Positions 51,601-61,754 are shown, counted from the first letter of the stretch. The stretch: 64,000 bases of DNA from Nitrosopumilus sp. (GCA_965203315.1 OZ241857.1:1120001-1184000); one strand, 5' to 3'. Program-made: numbers and translations. Notes: generated by a model from the sequence alone, not told the origin.

Positions 51601-52288
51601 ATTCTATTCGTATTTTTGGTTGAAAAACACAATCGCTATCATGAACTCTCCCACCTCTTGTTAAAGATTCATTTGTTAGAAAAACATTTAGTGTCAAATA
51701 GTTATCTTTATTTTTTTTACTTACATTATATTTTAGAAAAATTTTTTTATTGTCCTGTAATTGTATTTCATTTCTAGATAGTTTTAAATCAATTTCAATT
51801 GGATCTAAATCATAATCTACCCTCTTCCAATCTTGTTTATTTATTTTAGATTTTGTCTTTGTTTTAATATTGTCTGGGAGTTTAGATTCTTCTTGTACAT
51901 ATATACCATATGAAACCTTTGCTAGTATAGATTGTTGATCTATTGGAATATGACAGGTTATCCCTAATGAGCTTGGTTTGGTACCTATATTGACTCGCAT
52001 CTCATCTTCATTATCAGATTCCTCCGAATCTTGTAACTGAATGGAATTTTGTTGTATGTGTTCATCTTCATTAGCTTCATCATCCACTTCTAAATTTTGT
52101 TGAGTAGAGTTTTGTTGTACATGTTCATCCTCAACCGAGTTTGTCTGAATCGGGTACAAAACTCCACTCCAGTATCGATTTTTAGGATTGTCATCGAATG
52201 AAAACGATTCATCTGTCTCATGTGGACCTACTAGTTCTTTTTCAAGCTCGTCTAGAATAACATCTCGAATTATACTACCTTTATTCAT
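48686..52288 (-). CDS. drmA: DrmA-like SF2 helicase (DISARM)
   Basis: ELVGP..P..RY.SG.LYP N-terminus, PSSLGIT, WRLFQIAF, LLWFPTGGGKTEAY, MRYTYRLLTLQQFQRA, QDELHL, TNMLSVGVDVDRL, YIQASGRIGR; directly upstream of drmB. Confidence 0.9.
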   Translation of the reverse strand: MNKGSIIRDVILDELEKELVGPHETDESFSFDDNPKNRYWSGVLYPIQTNSVEDEHVQQNSTQQNLEVDDEANEDEHIQQNSIQLQDSEESDNEDEMRVNIGTKPSSLGITCHIPIDQQSILAKVSYGIYVQEESKLPDNIKTKTKSKINKQDWKRVDYDLDPIEIDLKLSRNEIQLQDNKKIFLKYNVSKKNKDNYLTLNVFLTNESLTRGGRVHDSDCVFQPKIRIESSNNDKIFLNISRIKQTINDETDKAMMFLFRNEKYFAHGKNCSVEWNINEEEDRTDWIQTTFIPHYKIPEIKPIDPSVKVKKSLNMQVLSKVTNFNEFQNILSPIVEEYGEWIKSLKDKLQEWEQTSDSTIERDFITGSENIPKQNIDNCNDALTRIRNGIHKISNEPLVGEAFRFTNEVMYQNILHSKWVKQNRDKIENGEKITEDHPNDAEINPEWRLFQIAFLLLNIESITDKDSKDHKTVDLLWFPTGGGKTEAYYGVIAFTLAYRRLKGKDPKSFDEELDRYGVSVIMRYTYRLLTLQQFQRAATLLCACEYVRMKGKNSVKFGDEPFLVGLWAGVKTTPNAFADARSKIKSRQHNPNMLIEEGDPMQLLNCPWCGRRLDARSYEFENAYESSSKLRPRRIQIRCNEKCFFGKPNDPDRVLPVVFIDEDIIHLRPSLLISTVDKFAQLSWNPRYSVLFGNVSQFCRKHGYRPKNMKNVKNEICSHHKEHKFKDGQTRTILGNVSRQLSPPELIIQDELHLIVGPLGTITGLYETTIDLLSTYKEIRPKIIASTATATMKKSSEQIKDLFNLESTKIFPPQGFEFGESFFAKSLPLSEENPGKLHIGVCSTTTSRYNVGIRIAASITRKIRHIRENKNSFYFNNEKFDFSDDDLDPYYTLVNYYNTIKNLGASVRMYDDTLPHYINSIIDSEKIFQRENNAKKVASEILQKEELTGRVLATEIPKILQSVETKLGSDRVLDALLCTNMLSVGVDVDRLNLLVINGQPKNTSEYIQASGRIGRNNPGIVVTNYTYLNPRDLSYFENFIHFHTEFHKLIEPSSLTPYSGRSRDRGLNGIFLALVRLQDNILSTDPTGFSTNIPRVLNLTEKIKEQILNRVKDIDPEELEQTKIDIDYIIKKWQDLIKNAEENKRTLKYSKNPYQKSKINDLYLINSSRDTYDENAFTVMESLRDAESEITLYYQKPYGR

Positions 52289-52442
52289 TTAGAAGGTTAT
52301 TGACACTGCTTGATAATAAACTTGTACTTGGTAGATATCACACTAGCACAATAAACGATTCAAGGTATATGAACAACGAGTTGGTCAAGTATTGACTCTA
52401 GATCATGCGAACAAATATTCTCCGCCAGCCAACTGTGACAGA

Positions 52443-53246
52443 TTACTCGTAATATGGTCTATAGCCATACCTAGTTCCATACGTAAATTCAGATTCATGT
52501 GTCTTTTTGTAGAAATATCCTGTAGCCACCCCAATTACAAATCCACCTATATGAGCCAGATATGCAACTCCGCCAGCACCAAAACCAAAGCTACCTATGA
52601 ACAGAGGAAGAAGATTCTGAAATATGAGCCAGAATGGTAGAAACCATTTTGCCTGAATATGCATCATCCTCCAAAAGAATCCCAACATCATGAATGTCAG
52701 TATCCTAGCACGTGGAAATATGATCAAATATGCGCCAAGTACACCAGAGATTGCTCCTGATGCGCCAACAGCCGGTGTCGTACTAGATGGATCTGCATAA
52801 ATGTGTGCCAAACTTGCCACTATGCCCCACATAAGATATATGCCTAGATACTTGAAGCGTCCAAACTTTTGTTCAATGTTGTCACCAAAGATCCATAGAA
52901 AGAGCAGATTACCACCAATATGTAATATTCCTCCGTGCATAAACATCGAGCTCAATAATGGAAGATATTGAATATCAGGACATGATAGTGTGAGTTGACC
53001 AAACGATAATGGTAATTGAGTTACACTAGGTTCTGTTATACAGTATGGTACTGCTCCCCACGTATAGTACATGTTTACTGTATTGACACGTATTTGGTTT
53101 CCTTCTACCATTGCAAAGTCTAGAAACTGACCACCTGTCATAAATATCTGAATCACAAATACGATCAGATTTACAGCGATGAGAGCATATGTCATTTTAG
53201 GTTTAAAGCCTGTTGGTGATGGATTCTCATCTCGTAGCGGAAACAT
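52443..53246 (-). CDS. Rhomboid intramembrane serine protease
   Basis: MFPLRDENP, SMFMHGG..H..GN, VGASGAISG, AHIGGF. Confidence 0.93.
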   Translation of the reverse strand: MFPLRDENPSPTGFKPKMTYALIAVNLIVFVIQIFMTGGQFLDFAMVEGNQIRVNTVNMYYTWGAVPYCITEPSVTQLPLSFGQLTLSCPDIQYLPLLSSMFMHGGILHIGGNLLFLWIFGDNIEQKFGRFKYLGIYLMWGIVASLAHIYADPSSTTPAVGASGAISGVLGAYLIIFPRARILTFMMLGFFWRMMHIQAKWFLPFWLIFQNLLPLFIGSFGFGAGGVAYLAHIGGFVIGVATGYFYKKTHESEFTYGTRYGYRPYYE

Positions 53247-53556
53247 AGGTTGTGTTGTAGAGTACAAAAATCGTATAATAAGATTAGTGATATTCAAACT
53301 ATGGATAAACGATACCTCAGATAGATGTTCTTGTTTTTGATAACATTGATGTATATTTTGTTAAAGATGTACAATATCAGATCGTCAATCATGGATAAGA
53401 AGAGATCTCTAACAGAACATTTGACTTGATCCAGTATATGATATCTTTTCGTAATAGTTGGAATACAAGAGGACAGACAAGGATTGATAATATTGAAATT
53501 AAGAGATAGTAGCTTATTCTCTTAGATTATTGAAACGTGTACAGAGACTTGTTGTA

Positions 53557-54810
53557 TCAAATCACAACTAGACCTTGTTCAACTAGATATGTAATGATCT
53601 CGATAAATGCTTCATCGGTTATCATATCGTTTGACCACCATCCAGCCGGTTGTGTAACCCATGATGGAATGCTCCATTCGAGTTGTGGAACTATATCACG
53701 TGTAACAGATAGTATTCGTTGCTCAAACATATAATCAATACCTTCAAGAAATTCGTTATCTGATATCTCACCATTTGCCCATGAACCGGCGCTCTCTTTT
53801 ATCCATGCAGGAATACGAGATAGTTCTGGAGGAATTCCCTTGTCAAATCCAGAGATAGCAAGTACTCCTTGAGATCTGGGTTGAACGGTATATGCAACAT
53901 GCCAAAAACCTAGTTCATCTCTACTTTGAATAAACTCTATTGGCTCATCATTAAATGTGACCTCAAATATCTCATCGCCAGAGATTGGAGCGAACTCAAA
54001 GTTTGCATATGTCTCAAATGGATAGCTGTTATATCCACGTATACTCATTACCGTTCCCGTATCATCAAAGGTTGCGTTATAGAACCAAGAACCCGAATCG
54101 TATCTAAAGCTGTACTTTTGACCCTCCTTTTTTGTAGTTATAGGTACAACTGTAGTATCGGTAGGAGCAAAACAACTATAGTACAAGATCGGCTCAGTTA
54201 TAGAGGGATCTGGATACATTGTAAAGTTGACTATCTCGCCTGGTCTTATCTCAGGTATAAACTCGATATTTTGAGTTACATCCAATATATCATCATGCCC
54301 ATGAACTATTGCAAAGATCTTGGGATTGTGTATAGTTTGGTCTCCAGTATTTTGAATCCTACCAGTAAGATGACCGTCCTTGTGTGTAATGAGTGTCTGA
54401 TCGTATAGTACTTGGAGTGGGATCGTATCTTGCGCGGCATATTGAAACGATACGTCAGCTGGAACCAAGACAGGGCGTGTACTTTGAACGTCTGGAAACT
54501 TTAGTTTGAATGGAATCTCGCTGTATGGCCCCAAAGGAACATGCTGTATAGTTTGAGCTAGTCTTGTATTATGATCAATTACAGATACGGTTATGGTTGG
54601 AAGTATGCCATGATCTAGATTGTTTTTGATATTTCCAATTACAGTATAGACTCCGTTAGAGTCATAGTATCCAATATACTCGCCTGTAGGAACATAGACC
54701 TCTGAATGGGCAACCGGTACAAATAAGACAAAGAGTACACTAGAGAGAATTAATAATATCTTCGAATCCGGCAGAAGACTTTGCAAGTAGACTTGGGCGA
54801 TACTCTTCAA
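53557..54810 (-). CDS. Secreted protein with C-terminal thaumarchaeal IPxW(I/V) repeat domain
   Basis: Signal peptide; IPAWIKESAGSWANGEISD.EF and IPSWVTQPAGWWS repeats; start uncertain. Confidence 0.75.
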   Translation of the reverse strand: MKSIAQVYLQSLLPDSKILLILSSVLFVLFVPVAHSEVYVPTGEYIGYYDSNGVYTVIGNIKNNLDHGILPTITVSVIDHNTRLAQTIQHVPLGPYSEIPFKLKFPDVQSTRPVLVPADVSFQYAAQDTIPLQVLYDQTLITHKDGHLTGRIQNTGDQTIHNPKIFAIVHGHDDILDVTQNIEFIPEIRPGEIVNFTMYPDPSITEPILYYSCFAPTDTTVVPITTKKEGQKYSFRYDSGSWFYNATFDDTGTVMSIRGYNSYPFETYANFEFAPISGDEIFEVTFNDEPIEFIQSRDELGFWHVAYTVQPRSQGVLAISGFDKGIPPELSRIPAWIKESAGSWANGEISDNEFLEGIDYMFEQRILSVTRDIVPQLEWSIPSWVTQPAGWWSNDMITDEAFIEIITYLVEQGLVVI

Positions 54811-55237
54811 CTAATCTACTAACCAGATCACGTGATTTAATATAATATCGCTTTTTAAACTCTATTCGTTTAATGTATACGAGTTCATCAGATACCAGTT
54901 GTGTGAGATAGAACGATACGGTAGATTGAGATTTTTTGGCTTTTTGTACAAGTTGAGAGAACTCTTGACCATCCTCATACATTAATGCGAACAATATTAC
55001 ACGGGGAGTCTCTTTGCGTAATGCCTTGATCGCAACCGACTCTTCTTCAGTTATATCTGGCACGTAAAAACGAATCTGTCTTGGACCGCGAACCGCCTTG
55101 ATCATGTTGCGTTGTTCCAGTTTAGTAAGATGATGATCCAGTACGCCATTTTTGAGTCCAGTGTGGCGCATCAGTTCTCGGAACTGAATTCCTGGATTCT
55201 TTTCGATGATATCCTTGAGTAATGACGCCCTAGTCAT
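54740..55237 (-). CDS. Double wHTH transcriptional regulator
   Basis: NPGIQFRELMRHTGLKNGVLDHHL..LE and second HTH KSQSTVSFYLTQL. Confidence 0.85.
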   Translation of the reverse strand: MTRASLLKDIIEKNPGIQFRELMRHTGLKNGVLDHHLTKLEQRNMIKAVRGPRQIRFYVPDITEEESVAIKALRKETPRVILFALMYEDGQEFSQLVQKAKKSQSTVSFYLTQLVSDELVYIKRIEFKKRYYIKSRDLVSRLVEEYRPSLLAKSSAGFEDIINSL

Positions 55238-55622
55238 TTCTAAAGACCCCCAATGCCAACACTCCTAGCGTTGTAAATGTCAATAGATGACCTATCTCCG
55301 ATAATGGAACTACATCTAGGTCGTATACAGTAGGCCATGTAACGTCAACCAACATTACCACCTCGGCCCCAATAAAAGTAGCAAATGCAATCATACTTAA
55401 AAGAAGACGTTTGGTCCTCAGACGATTATACGCAAGTATAGACAAGAGTGTGATGAATACTGCAAGTGTTATTCCGCCCACATGTAAAAAGATATGCGCT
55501 ATATGAAAGCCGTGCAACAGATGTGGTATTATAATAGGAATGGCCAAGATTGACACGACGCCGACGAGTACCATCGAGAATAGAGTTGACTTTCTCTCAA
55601 GTATAGTCTCTGCTCTAAACAA
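55230..55622 (-). CDS. Small 4-TM membrane protein, His-containing, coupled to the regulator
   Basis: Hydrophobic helices; PHLLHGFHIAHIFLH; overlaps regulator start. Confidence 0.75.
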   Translation of the reverse strand: MFRAETILERKSTLFSMVLVGVVSILAIPIIIPHLLHGFHIAHIFLHVGGITLAVFITLLSILAYNRLRTKRLLLSMIAFATFIGAEVVMLVDVTWPTVYDLDVVPLSEIGHLLTFTTLGVLALGVFRND

Positions 55623-55676
55623 CAGTACAATTACACATCTAGAACGTTTAAGATATGTGGTTCAAACTTGGAATGC

Positions 55677-57179
55677 TTATATGCTAATTATACCGTTTTC
55701 GAGTAGAAACGTTATACTTTGAAGAAATGTAGCATCATCGATCTTCTCTTGTGCCCACCATAGAGCGTTTGTTCGTATCCATGGTGGTATATCACCCGCA
55801 TAATCAGTTGTATCAGATGGTACATTCAGTACAATTACATTATCTTGTATCAGATATTGAATCGCTGCAAGAAATGTAGCATCATCGATCTTCTCTTGTG
55901 CCCACCATAGAGCGCTCTGTTTTATCCAAGATGGAATCATAGTTGTGCGATCAAATATGACTGGAATTGTAGTTGTTGCAAGCGGATTGCCATCAATATT
56001 CTTAAAGGTTAGATTCACGACGCCAGAGATATTGTCAGGTATGACAAATGATGCAGTGGTGTGTTCTTGACGCGAGTTTGTACTGGTACCACTCTGCGTG
56101 TATATTGTTGTGCTGTCCTGAGTAACATCTAGTGTATAGTCTGTAGCAACTGGTCTACCTTTGAGAAATACATCGGTTATGTCAAAAGACAAGACTGCTT
56201 TAGAGTTGTGGCGTAGATCTTGTGGTTCCCAAGAGAGGAGAATTCGAAATTGACCGTTCTCAGTAACCGAACTTAGATGTGGATAGTTACGGTCTGGTGT
56301 GATAACAAAACTCATGTCGTCACTCTTTGTGCCGTTCTCCAAAACTCGTAACAACTCTTTCTGGTATATGGTAAAGTGAACAGTTCTAGGATCAGTGAAA
56401 AAGTCATCCACTGCGACTACATTCTCAGAGAGTTGTAGATCATTTACATACATTATAAATCCCGATGAGAGCATGTCGCCGAATGATGTTGGTGTTGAAA
56501 ACTCGATATGGACAACATCTGTTCTATCTATGTTAGATTCAGTCAACTCGAATGGCATTGTAAATTCGATTCGTTTGTCATCTGCGTTGTAATCAAAGTT
56601 TGAGAGCTCGTCATAGTATGTAACTAGATCTATGTATTGGTCTCCAAAGTTAGGATCGTCTATGGTGTGACGTGTACTCTGTGCAATAGATATCCCAGAA
56701 TTGAATATGAGAGGATCGTCTAGTATATCGTAACTATTTGCCGTAGTAATCTTAACATCAAACTTGTATAGGCCACCTTTGGCGAGATCTGTACCTCGTA
56801 TATCAAATGTCTTCGCTTCGAGACCAAATAGAGAGCCAAATAGATCGCGTTCACGTTCAGTTATAGATATAGAGTCGACACTCTCAGAGATGAAGTTAAA
56901 GGTTATAGAACCACTGTCTGCTTTAAACTCTCTCTCAAAGAGAAACTCGTCTCCACGTTCTGAACGAATCTCAAAGGTTACATCTCGAAGAGTTACCTTT
57001 GAGTCAAAATCGATCAGAGATATTGTAAACTGTTGTGTATCATTTGTGGTCGATGAGTTTATCTCGAGGGTTACAGTCTTGCCATCTAGTTCGGCATTGA
57101 TCGCTTCGCTACCAATTCCATGACCATGTACAGTTCCAAACGTGATAGATACTATTACAAGTAAAAAGAGTGTCTTCAA
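55677..57179 (-). CDS. Secreted protein, HGIG mature N-terminus, C-terminal IPxWI repeats
   Basis: Signal peptide ..VHG-HGIG; two WWAQEKIDDATFL repeats; paralogous to 57418-59154. Confidence 0.8.
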   Translation of the reverse strand: MKTLFLLVIVSITFGTVHGHGIGSEAINAELDGKTVTLEINSSTTNDTQQFTISLIDFDSKVTLRDVTFEIRSERGDEFLFEREFKADSGSITFNFISESVDSISITERERDLFGSLFGLEAKTFDIRGTDLAKGGLYKFDVKITTANSYDILDDPLIFNSGISIAQSTRHTIDDPNFGDQYIDLVTYYDELSNFDYNADDKRIEFTMPFELTESNIDRTDVVHIEFSTPTSFGDMLSSGFIMYVNDLQLSENVVAVDDFFTDPRTVHFTIYQKELLRVLENGTKSDDMSFVITPDRNYPHLSSVTENGQFRILLSWEPQDLRHNSKAVLSFDITDVFLKGRPVATDYTLDVTQDSTTIYTQSGTSTNSRQEHTTASFVIPDNISGVVNLTFKNIDGNPLATTTIPVIFDRTTMIPSWIKQSALWWAQEKIDDATFLAAIQYLIQDNVIVLNVPSDTTDYAGDIPPWIRTNALWWAQEKIDDATFLQSITFLLENGIISI

Positions 57180-57180
57180 T

Positions 57181-57396
57181 CTAGGTCCACTTGTTGGGAT
57201 CTTTCTTCCAGATCATTTTACCGTCGATCGTTACCGAATCGTTCTCTTCAAAGATTGTATGCCATTTGCCGTTACTTGGAAAGATTCGATCCATCTCTTC
57301 AACTCGTTTATCTGTAGGAGGCCTGTTCATAAGAGCGCCCCATTTCATATTTGGAATCCTTGGCAATATATCATTAATATCTCGCATATCTATCAT
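57181..57396 (-). CDS. Small conserved hypothetical protein
   Basis: 71-aa ORF packed between co-oriented genes (MKWGALMNRPPT..GKWHT). Confidence 0.7.
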   Translation of the reverse strand: MIDMRDINDILPRIPNMKWGALMNRPPTDKRVEEMDRIFPSNGKWHTIFEENDSVTIDGKMIWKKDPNKWT

Positions 57397-57417
57397 ACAC
57401 CAAATTTATTTAAAACC

Positions 57418-59154
57418 TTATGATTGTATCGAGATTATTCCCTGTGAGATTAGAAACTGTATAGCAGAGATGAATGTAGCATCATTTACGTCTCCGTTGA
57501 CCCAATACTCTGCGGTATTCTTGACCCATGTTGGTATCTCAGAGCTAGAGTCTTGACTTGTTGTAGTTGTGGGTACTCGGATTATCTCCTCTTCAATTAG
57601 AAACTGTATAGCAGAGATGAATGTAGCATCATTTACGTCTCCGTTGACCCAATACTCTGCGGTATTCTTGACCCATGTTGGTATTGCGGTATTGGTAGGC
57701 GTTGTGGTCACAGACGGTACGTCTGGTTCAGGTACAGTGATTGTTCCAGACTGTGTTCCTGGACCTATCTCAACTAGACCAGAGCCTATTCCTGCATGTG
57801 TCTGATCATAGTCGAGTCCTGTTCCATATATCCAAACATCGATTCGTGTCATACCTTGATCTGGAATGTAGATGTTTTGTACGTCGACACCTTCGGTAGA
57901 TAGAATACCCTTGTTTTGTACGTCGTTGCCTATATTTGTGAGTAGAATGTTCTCAGAGCTGTCGATGATTCTGTATCCATATCTGACATCTTTTAACAGT
58001 TGATCATCAGAGTTCATCAATGCAAACTCGAATGGAATCTCTTGTTCTGCACCGAGTGCACTATCCCACGATAATCGTACTTTGGATGGAACCTCGTTTT
58101 CATAGGTTTCGAGATCAACTAGATAAAACTCGATCATACTCTTTGATGGTTTGTCTAGAGGAACCATCTTCAAGTTCATAATACCGCTATTAACGTTTGT
58201 AGGACCCAACAACTCGTTGATGCGTTTGAGTTCAGAGTTTGTGACCAAGAAATGAATGATGTTCTGATCTGTGTATGTATATGGATCATTGAGTAGTGCG
58301 CGGTGACCAAGTTCGATTCCATTAACATATCCTTTAAACTGTGTACCTTCAGCATATGGAAGGAAAGACTTTGGTACTCGAACCTCTTCGTGTACAACTT
58401 GAACAGTATCTACATAGGATGGTGTCCAATCAAACGGCATGTTAAATGATATTGCATTTGTAGTCTGATCAAACTCAAAGTTGTCAACTTCGTCATAGTA
58501 AGTCTTTACAAGTACAGGAACCTCTTCGGCGTTTGCAGTCTGGATCATAAAGTCTTGTTCTTGTGCTACACTGACAAATGTCTCATAGCTGAGTGTGTTA
58601 GCAACCTGACTTCGAGGACTAGTAGCACCTTCGATATCAATTCGAATGTTGTATAGTCCACCTTTCTCCAAGATTGGACCAGTAATTGTAGGTCTTGCAC
58701 ATGTGTCTAGATTATCATCTGTGCACTGTTCACCTTGAACTGATTTTGCTCCAGGAGCGCTGATATCTTCACTACCACCAACAACAGTACACCTCCACAA
58801 CTCGGCTTTATCACAGTCAGACTTGGGTCTAATCTCTACATCAAGTCGCCCATCTTTATCGTAAAAGAGGTCACGTACTAGGAGATCTCCTGCTCGCCAT
58901 ACCTCTATTCTATATGTTACTTTATCAAAATCTATGTCAGTGTCGAAATCTAAAAATCTTACTTGCATGTTTATGTCATCGACATCTCCTACGGTAATGT
59001 CTGCAGGAGTAAGCTGAGTACGAACAGTTACATTCATTCCTTCAAAGCTTATTGGAGGTGCTTGATCACCACCAATGCCATGTCCAAAAGCATTCGGTAC
59101 AAATAATGTAATAGTAGCAAGTGCAACTATAGATAGAATCAACCTAGAATACAT
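57418..59154 (-). CDS. Secreted protein, [10 protein letters not shown] mature N-terminus, C-terminal IPTWVKN repeats
   Basis: Signal peptide ..AFG-HGIG; KTYYD, MPFDW, VHEEV; duplicated C-terminal module. Confidence 0.85.
   Translation of the reverse strand: MYSRLILSIVALATITLFVPNAFGHGIGGDQAPPISFEGMNVTVRTQLTPADITVGDVDDINMQVRFLDFDTDIDFDKVTYRIEVWRAGDLLVRDLFYDKDGRLDVEIRPKSDCDKAELWRCTVVGGSEDISAPGAKSVQGEQCTDDNLDTCARPTITGPILEKGGLYNIRIDIEGATSPRSQVANTLSYETFVSVAQEQDFMIQTANAEEVPVLVKTYYDEVDNFEFDQTTNAISFNMPFDWTPSYVDTVQVVHEEVRVPKSFLPYAEGTQFKGYVNGIELGHRALLNDPYTYTDQNIIHFLVTNSELKRINELLGPTNVNSGIMNLKMVPLDKPSKSMIEFYLVDLETYENEVPSKVRLSWDSALGAEQEIPFEFALMNSDDQLLKDVRYGYRIIDSSENILLTNIGNDVQNKGILSTEGVDVQNIYIPDQGMTRIDVWIYGTGLDYDQTHAGIGSGLVEIGPGTQSGTITVPEPDVPSVTTTPTNTAIPTWVKNTAEYWVNGDVNDATFISAIQFLIEEEIIRVPTTTTSQDSSSEIPTWVKNTAEYWVNGDVNDATFISAIQFLISQGIISIQS
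57449..57684. repeat. Perfect 89-bp direct repeat (57449-57537 and 57596-57684)
   Basis: Identical at nucleotide level; encodes [29 protein letters not shown] twice. Confidence 0.9.
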
Positions 59155-59259
59155 TTATCAAAATTACACGTATTCCATATTTAAAGATGAATGAATAGGT
59201 ACGATCGGCGCAAAGACGTACAGGTATGACTTTTATTTATCAATGGATAAAAACATGTT

Positions 59260-60090
59260 ATGAAATTTATCTTTGTACTTGTACCATTACTTGTACCATT
59301 GTTGATGGTATCCGCATATGGAGAGCAACAGACTCTATCAACCGACAAACAAACTCTTGATGTAAGGATAACGCACGATCCGATACAAGTAGACACTCAG
59401 ACTAGAATTCAAGTAGATTTTATCAATCCCAATACGCAAAGACTCCAAGAGCATATAGACTATACTGTATCTGTATCAAAGGATGGAACGAATGTCTTTG
59501 GGCCGATTCCGCTAACGCACACAACTCCTGGTACGGTAAAGATTCCAGTCGAATTTCTAAGTCAAGGAGTATACACAATGGAGATTGGTGTAGAGGGAAT
59601 CTTGTTTCAACCAATACCTCCAGAGATAGTCTCATTTGATATTATAGTACAGAGTGCAGATGCGGCAGAGCCACGAGACGCAATCACGCAACCAGACGGA
59701 GGCGGATGTCTAATTGCAACAGCTACCTTTGGCTCGGAACTTGCACCACAAGTCCAGCAGCTAAGAGAGCTCCGAGATAACATCATACTAGAGACAGATT
59801 CGGGGGTTGCATTCATGAGTGGATTCAATCAAATGTACTATTCGTTTTCGCCTACAGTAGCTGATCTGATAAGGGAGAGTCCAGTATTGAAAGAGACGGT
59901 AAAGACGGGACTCGTACCAATGATAACATCACTCTCATTGTTAAATCATGTACAGATGAACAGTGAACAAGATATCATACTATATGGTGTCTCTCTAATT
60001 TTGCTAAATGTTGGTATGTATATTGGACTGCCTGTGTTTGGATTTCTAAAGTTGTACCAGTCAAAGAGACCATGGTACAAATTTGAGTGA
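59260..60090 (+). CDS. Secreted protein with CFI-box-CTERM domain
   Basis: Signal peptide; GGGCLIATATFGSELAPQVQQLRELRDN..FNQMYYSFSP; C-terminal TM. Confidence 0.85.
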   Translation: MKFIFVLVPLLVPLLMVSAYGEQQTLSTDKQTLDVRITHDPIQVDTQTRIQVDFINPNTQRLQEHIDYTVSVSKDGTNVFGPIPLTHTTPGTVKIPVEFLSQGVYTMEIGVEGILFQPIPPEIVSFDIIVQSADAAEPRDAITQPDGGGCLIATATFGSELAPQVQQLRELRDNIILETDSGVAFMSGFNQMYYSFSPTVADLIRESPVLKETVKTGLVPMITSLSLLNHVQMNSEQDIILYGVSLILLNVGMYIGLPVFGFLKLYQSKRPWYKFE

Positions 60091-60123
60091 GGTTTTTAAG
60101 TATCTACATAACATCATTGAACA

Positions 60124-61014
60124 ATGAAGAAAGTAATCAGTTCAATCTTCGTATTATGTGCTTTAGCAGTCGGGTTATCAGCTTCGGATGCTTTTGCAGA
60201 TCATGCTGAAGTGACGATTGAGCCGGTATCAGGATCTGGTACTGCAGGTTGCCAAGAGACACCAGAGGGTTGTTACAATCCAATGATAGCTACAGTCGAT
60301 GTAGGTGGTAAGGTAATCTTTTTAAACACTGATGTAGTGCCTCATGTGTTTGCAGCAGGAGAACCAGGTAGAGATATAGGAATGACAGGCGAGTTTGGTG
60401 GCGAACTAGTACAACCAGGCGGTTCACAAGAATGGACTCCAACTGAAGTAGGTGAAGTATCTCACTTTTGTACAGTTCATCCATGGATGACAGGTACTAT
60501 AGTAGTACAGGCAAAAGAGGGTGAAGATGTCACGAAGGGAGACGGAATGATGGGTAAGATGATGGATGACATGAACACGATGATGGCCATGGAAGACGCA
60601 TCTGGAACAGGAATGCTACCTGATGGTACTATGGTCATGATCCAAGTCGACGAAGCAGGTATGGAAGAGACGACAATGATCAAGGTCATGTTCGAAAATT
60701 CAGAACATGTCAACTATGACATCATGGCAATGCAAGGAGACAGTACAGTACTAGACGATATGGACGTACACTCACACACAGGTATTGAAGAACACATGAC
60801 TGCTCCACTGGAAGCTGATCTAAGCGAGATGCCACTAGACATAACCATAATGTTCAAGGGATATGGCATAGATGAGATTACAGGAGAAGCTGGTGAGGTA
60901 ATGTTTACCAATGTTGTTCCAGAGTTTGGGACAATTGCAATGCTAATACTAGCAGTCGCAGTAGTCAGTGTGGTGGTAGTCACTTCAAAATCTAGGGTTA
61001 TTCCAAGACTCTAA
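60124..61014 (+). CDS. Blue (type 1) copper plastocyanin-like protein with PEFG-CTERM
   Basis: H...CTVHPWM ligand set; Met-rich linker; VVPEFGTIAMLIL TM tail. Confidence 0.9.
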   Translation: MKKVISSIFVLCALAVGLSASDAFADHAEVTIEPVSGSGTAGCQETPEGCYNPMIATVDVGGKVIFLNTDVVPHVFAAGEPGRDIGMTGEFGGELVQPGGSQEWTPTEVGEVSHFCTVHPWMTGTIVVQAKEGEDVTKGDGMMGKMMDDMNTMMAMEDASGTGMLPDGTMVMIQVDEAGMEETTMIKVMFENSEHVNYDIMAMQGDSTVLDDMDVHSHTGIEEHMTAPLEADLSEMPLDITIMFKGYGIDEITGEAGEVMFTNVVPEFGTIAMLILAVAVVSVVVVTSKSRVIPRL

Positions 61015-61025
61015 GGAATACTCTC

Positions 61026-61661
61026 TTATTTTCTTTTTACTAGTGATATTACAGCCAGTATTACGCCAGATGCTCCAATACCCAATCCAAAGAATGCAAT
61101 ATCATAGCTAGCTGTATCATCCGATCCAGATATCTTTAGTTGACCAGACTGTATTCTAGATACATCTTGTTGTAGTGCAGATACTGCATTCTTTAGTGCA
61201 GATGTGTCAGTATCTCCTTGTACACTTTGAGGTGGAAAGTCCAAGATTGCAGTAGACTCGACATCTTCGATGGGAATCTCAACATCGACTTGTACGCCTT
61301 CTAGTACACCTTGTAGTACAACGGTATATGTACCGGTCTTTGTTGGTATTATAGGAGAAAAGTAGTATCCAGGTTTTTGGTCAGAGTTGATACCGATCTG
61401 CTTGGATGCACCACCAAATGTAACTGTAGCGTCCATGCCTCTAAACGCATTTGTTATACCGGTAAATGTACCTTCATTCTCACCACGCTCTATCACTCGA
61501 AAGACTAGATCGTTCCTAATACCTACAATTGGAGGTTCTATTCCCCAACCGGCCTCTATCTCAAAAGGCTCTACCTCGACTGTAGTATGACCAAAAGATG
61601 GAGTAGTCACACCTACAACGAGCAAGAGTACTAGACCAGATATCAGTTTCACAGATATCAA
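61026..61661 (-). CDS. Secreted, C-terminally anchored protein with N-terminal His
   Basis: Signal peptide ..SFG-HTTVEV; GWGIEPP; C-terminal TM. Confidence 0.75.
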   Translation of the reverse strand: MISVKLISGLVLLLVVGVTTPSFGHTTVEVEPFEIEAGWGIEPPIVGIRNDLVFRVIERGENEGTFTGITNAFRGMDATVTFGGASKQIGINSDQKPGYYFSPIIPTKTGTYTVVLQGVLEGVQVDVEIPIEDVESTAILDFPPQSVQGDTDTSALKNAVSALQQDVSRIQSGQLKISGSDDTASYDIAFFGLGIGASGVILAVISLVKRK

Positions 61662-61754
61662 AGTACTGTATAGGTTAATTATCTTTATGTGATAACTGGT
61701 ACAAGAATCAAACAGCTAGATTGTTTAAATGATCAAGTATCTATCAAAAGATAA

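Noticed and set aside
52000-52135. Short duplication EDEHVQQNS/EDEHIQQNS in DrmA
   Set aside because: Lies in a low-complexity acidic linker; probably neutral
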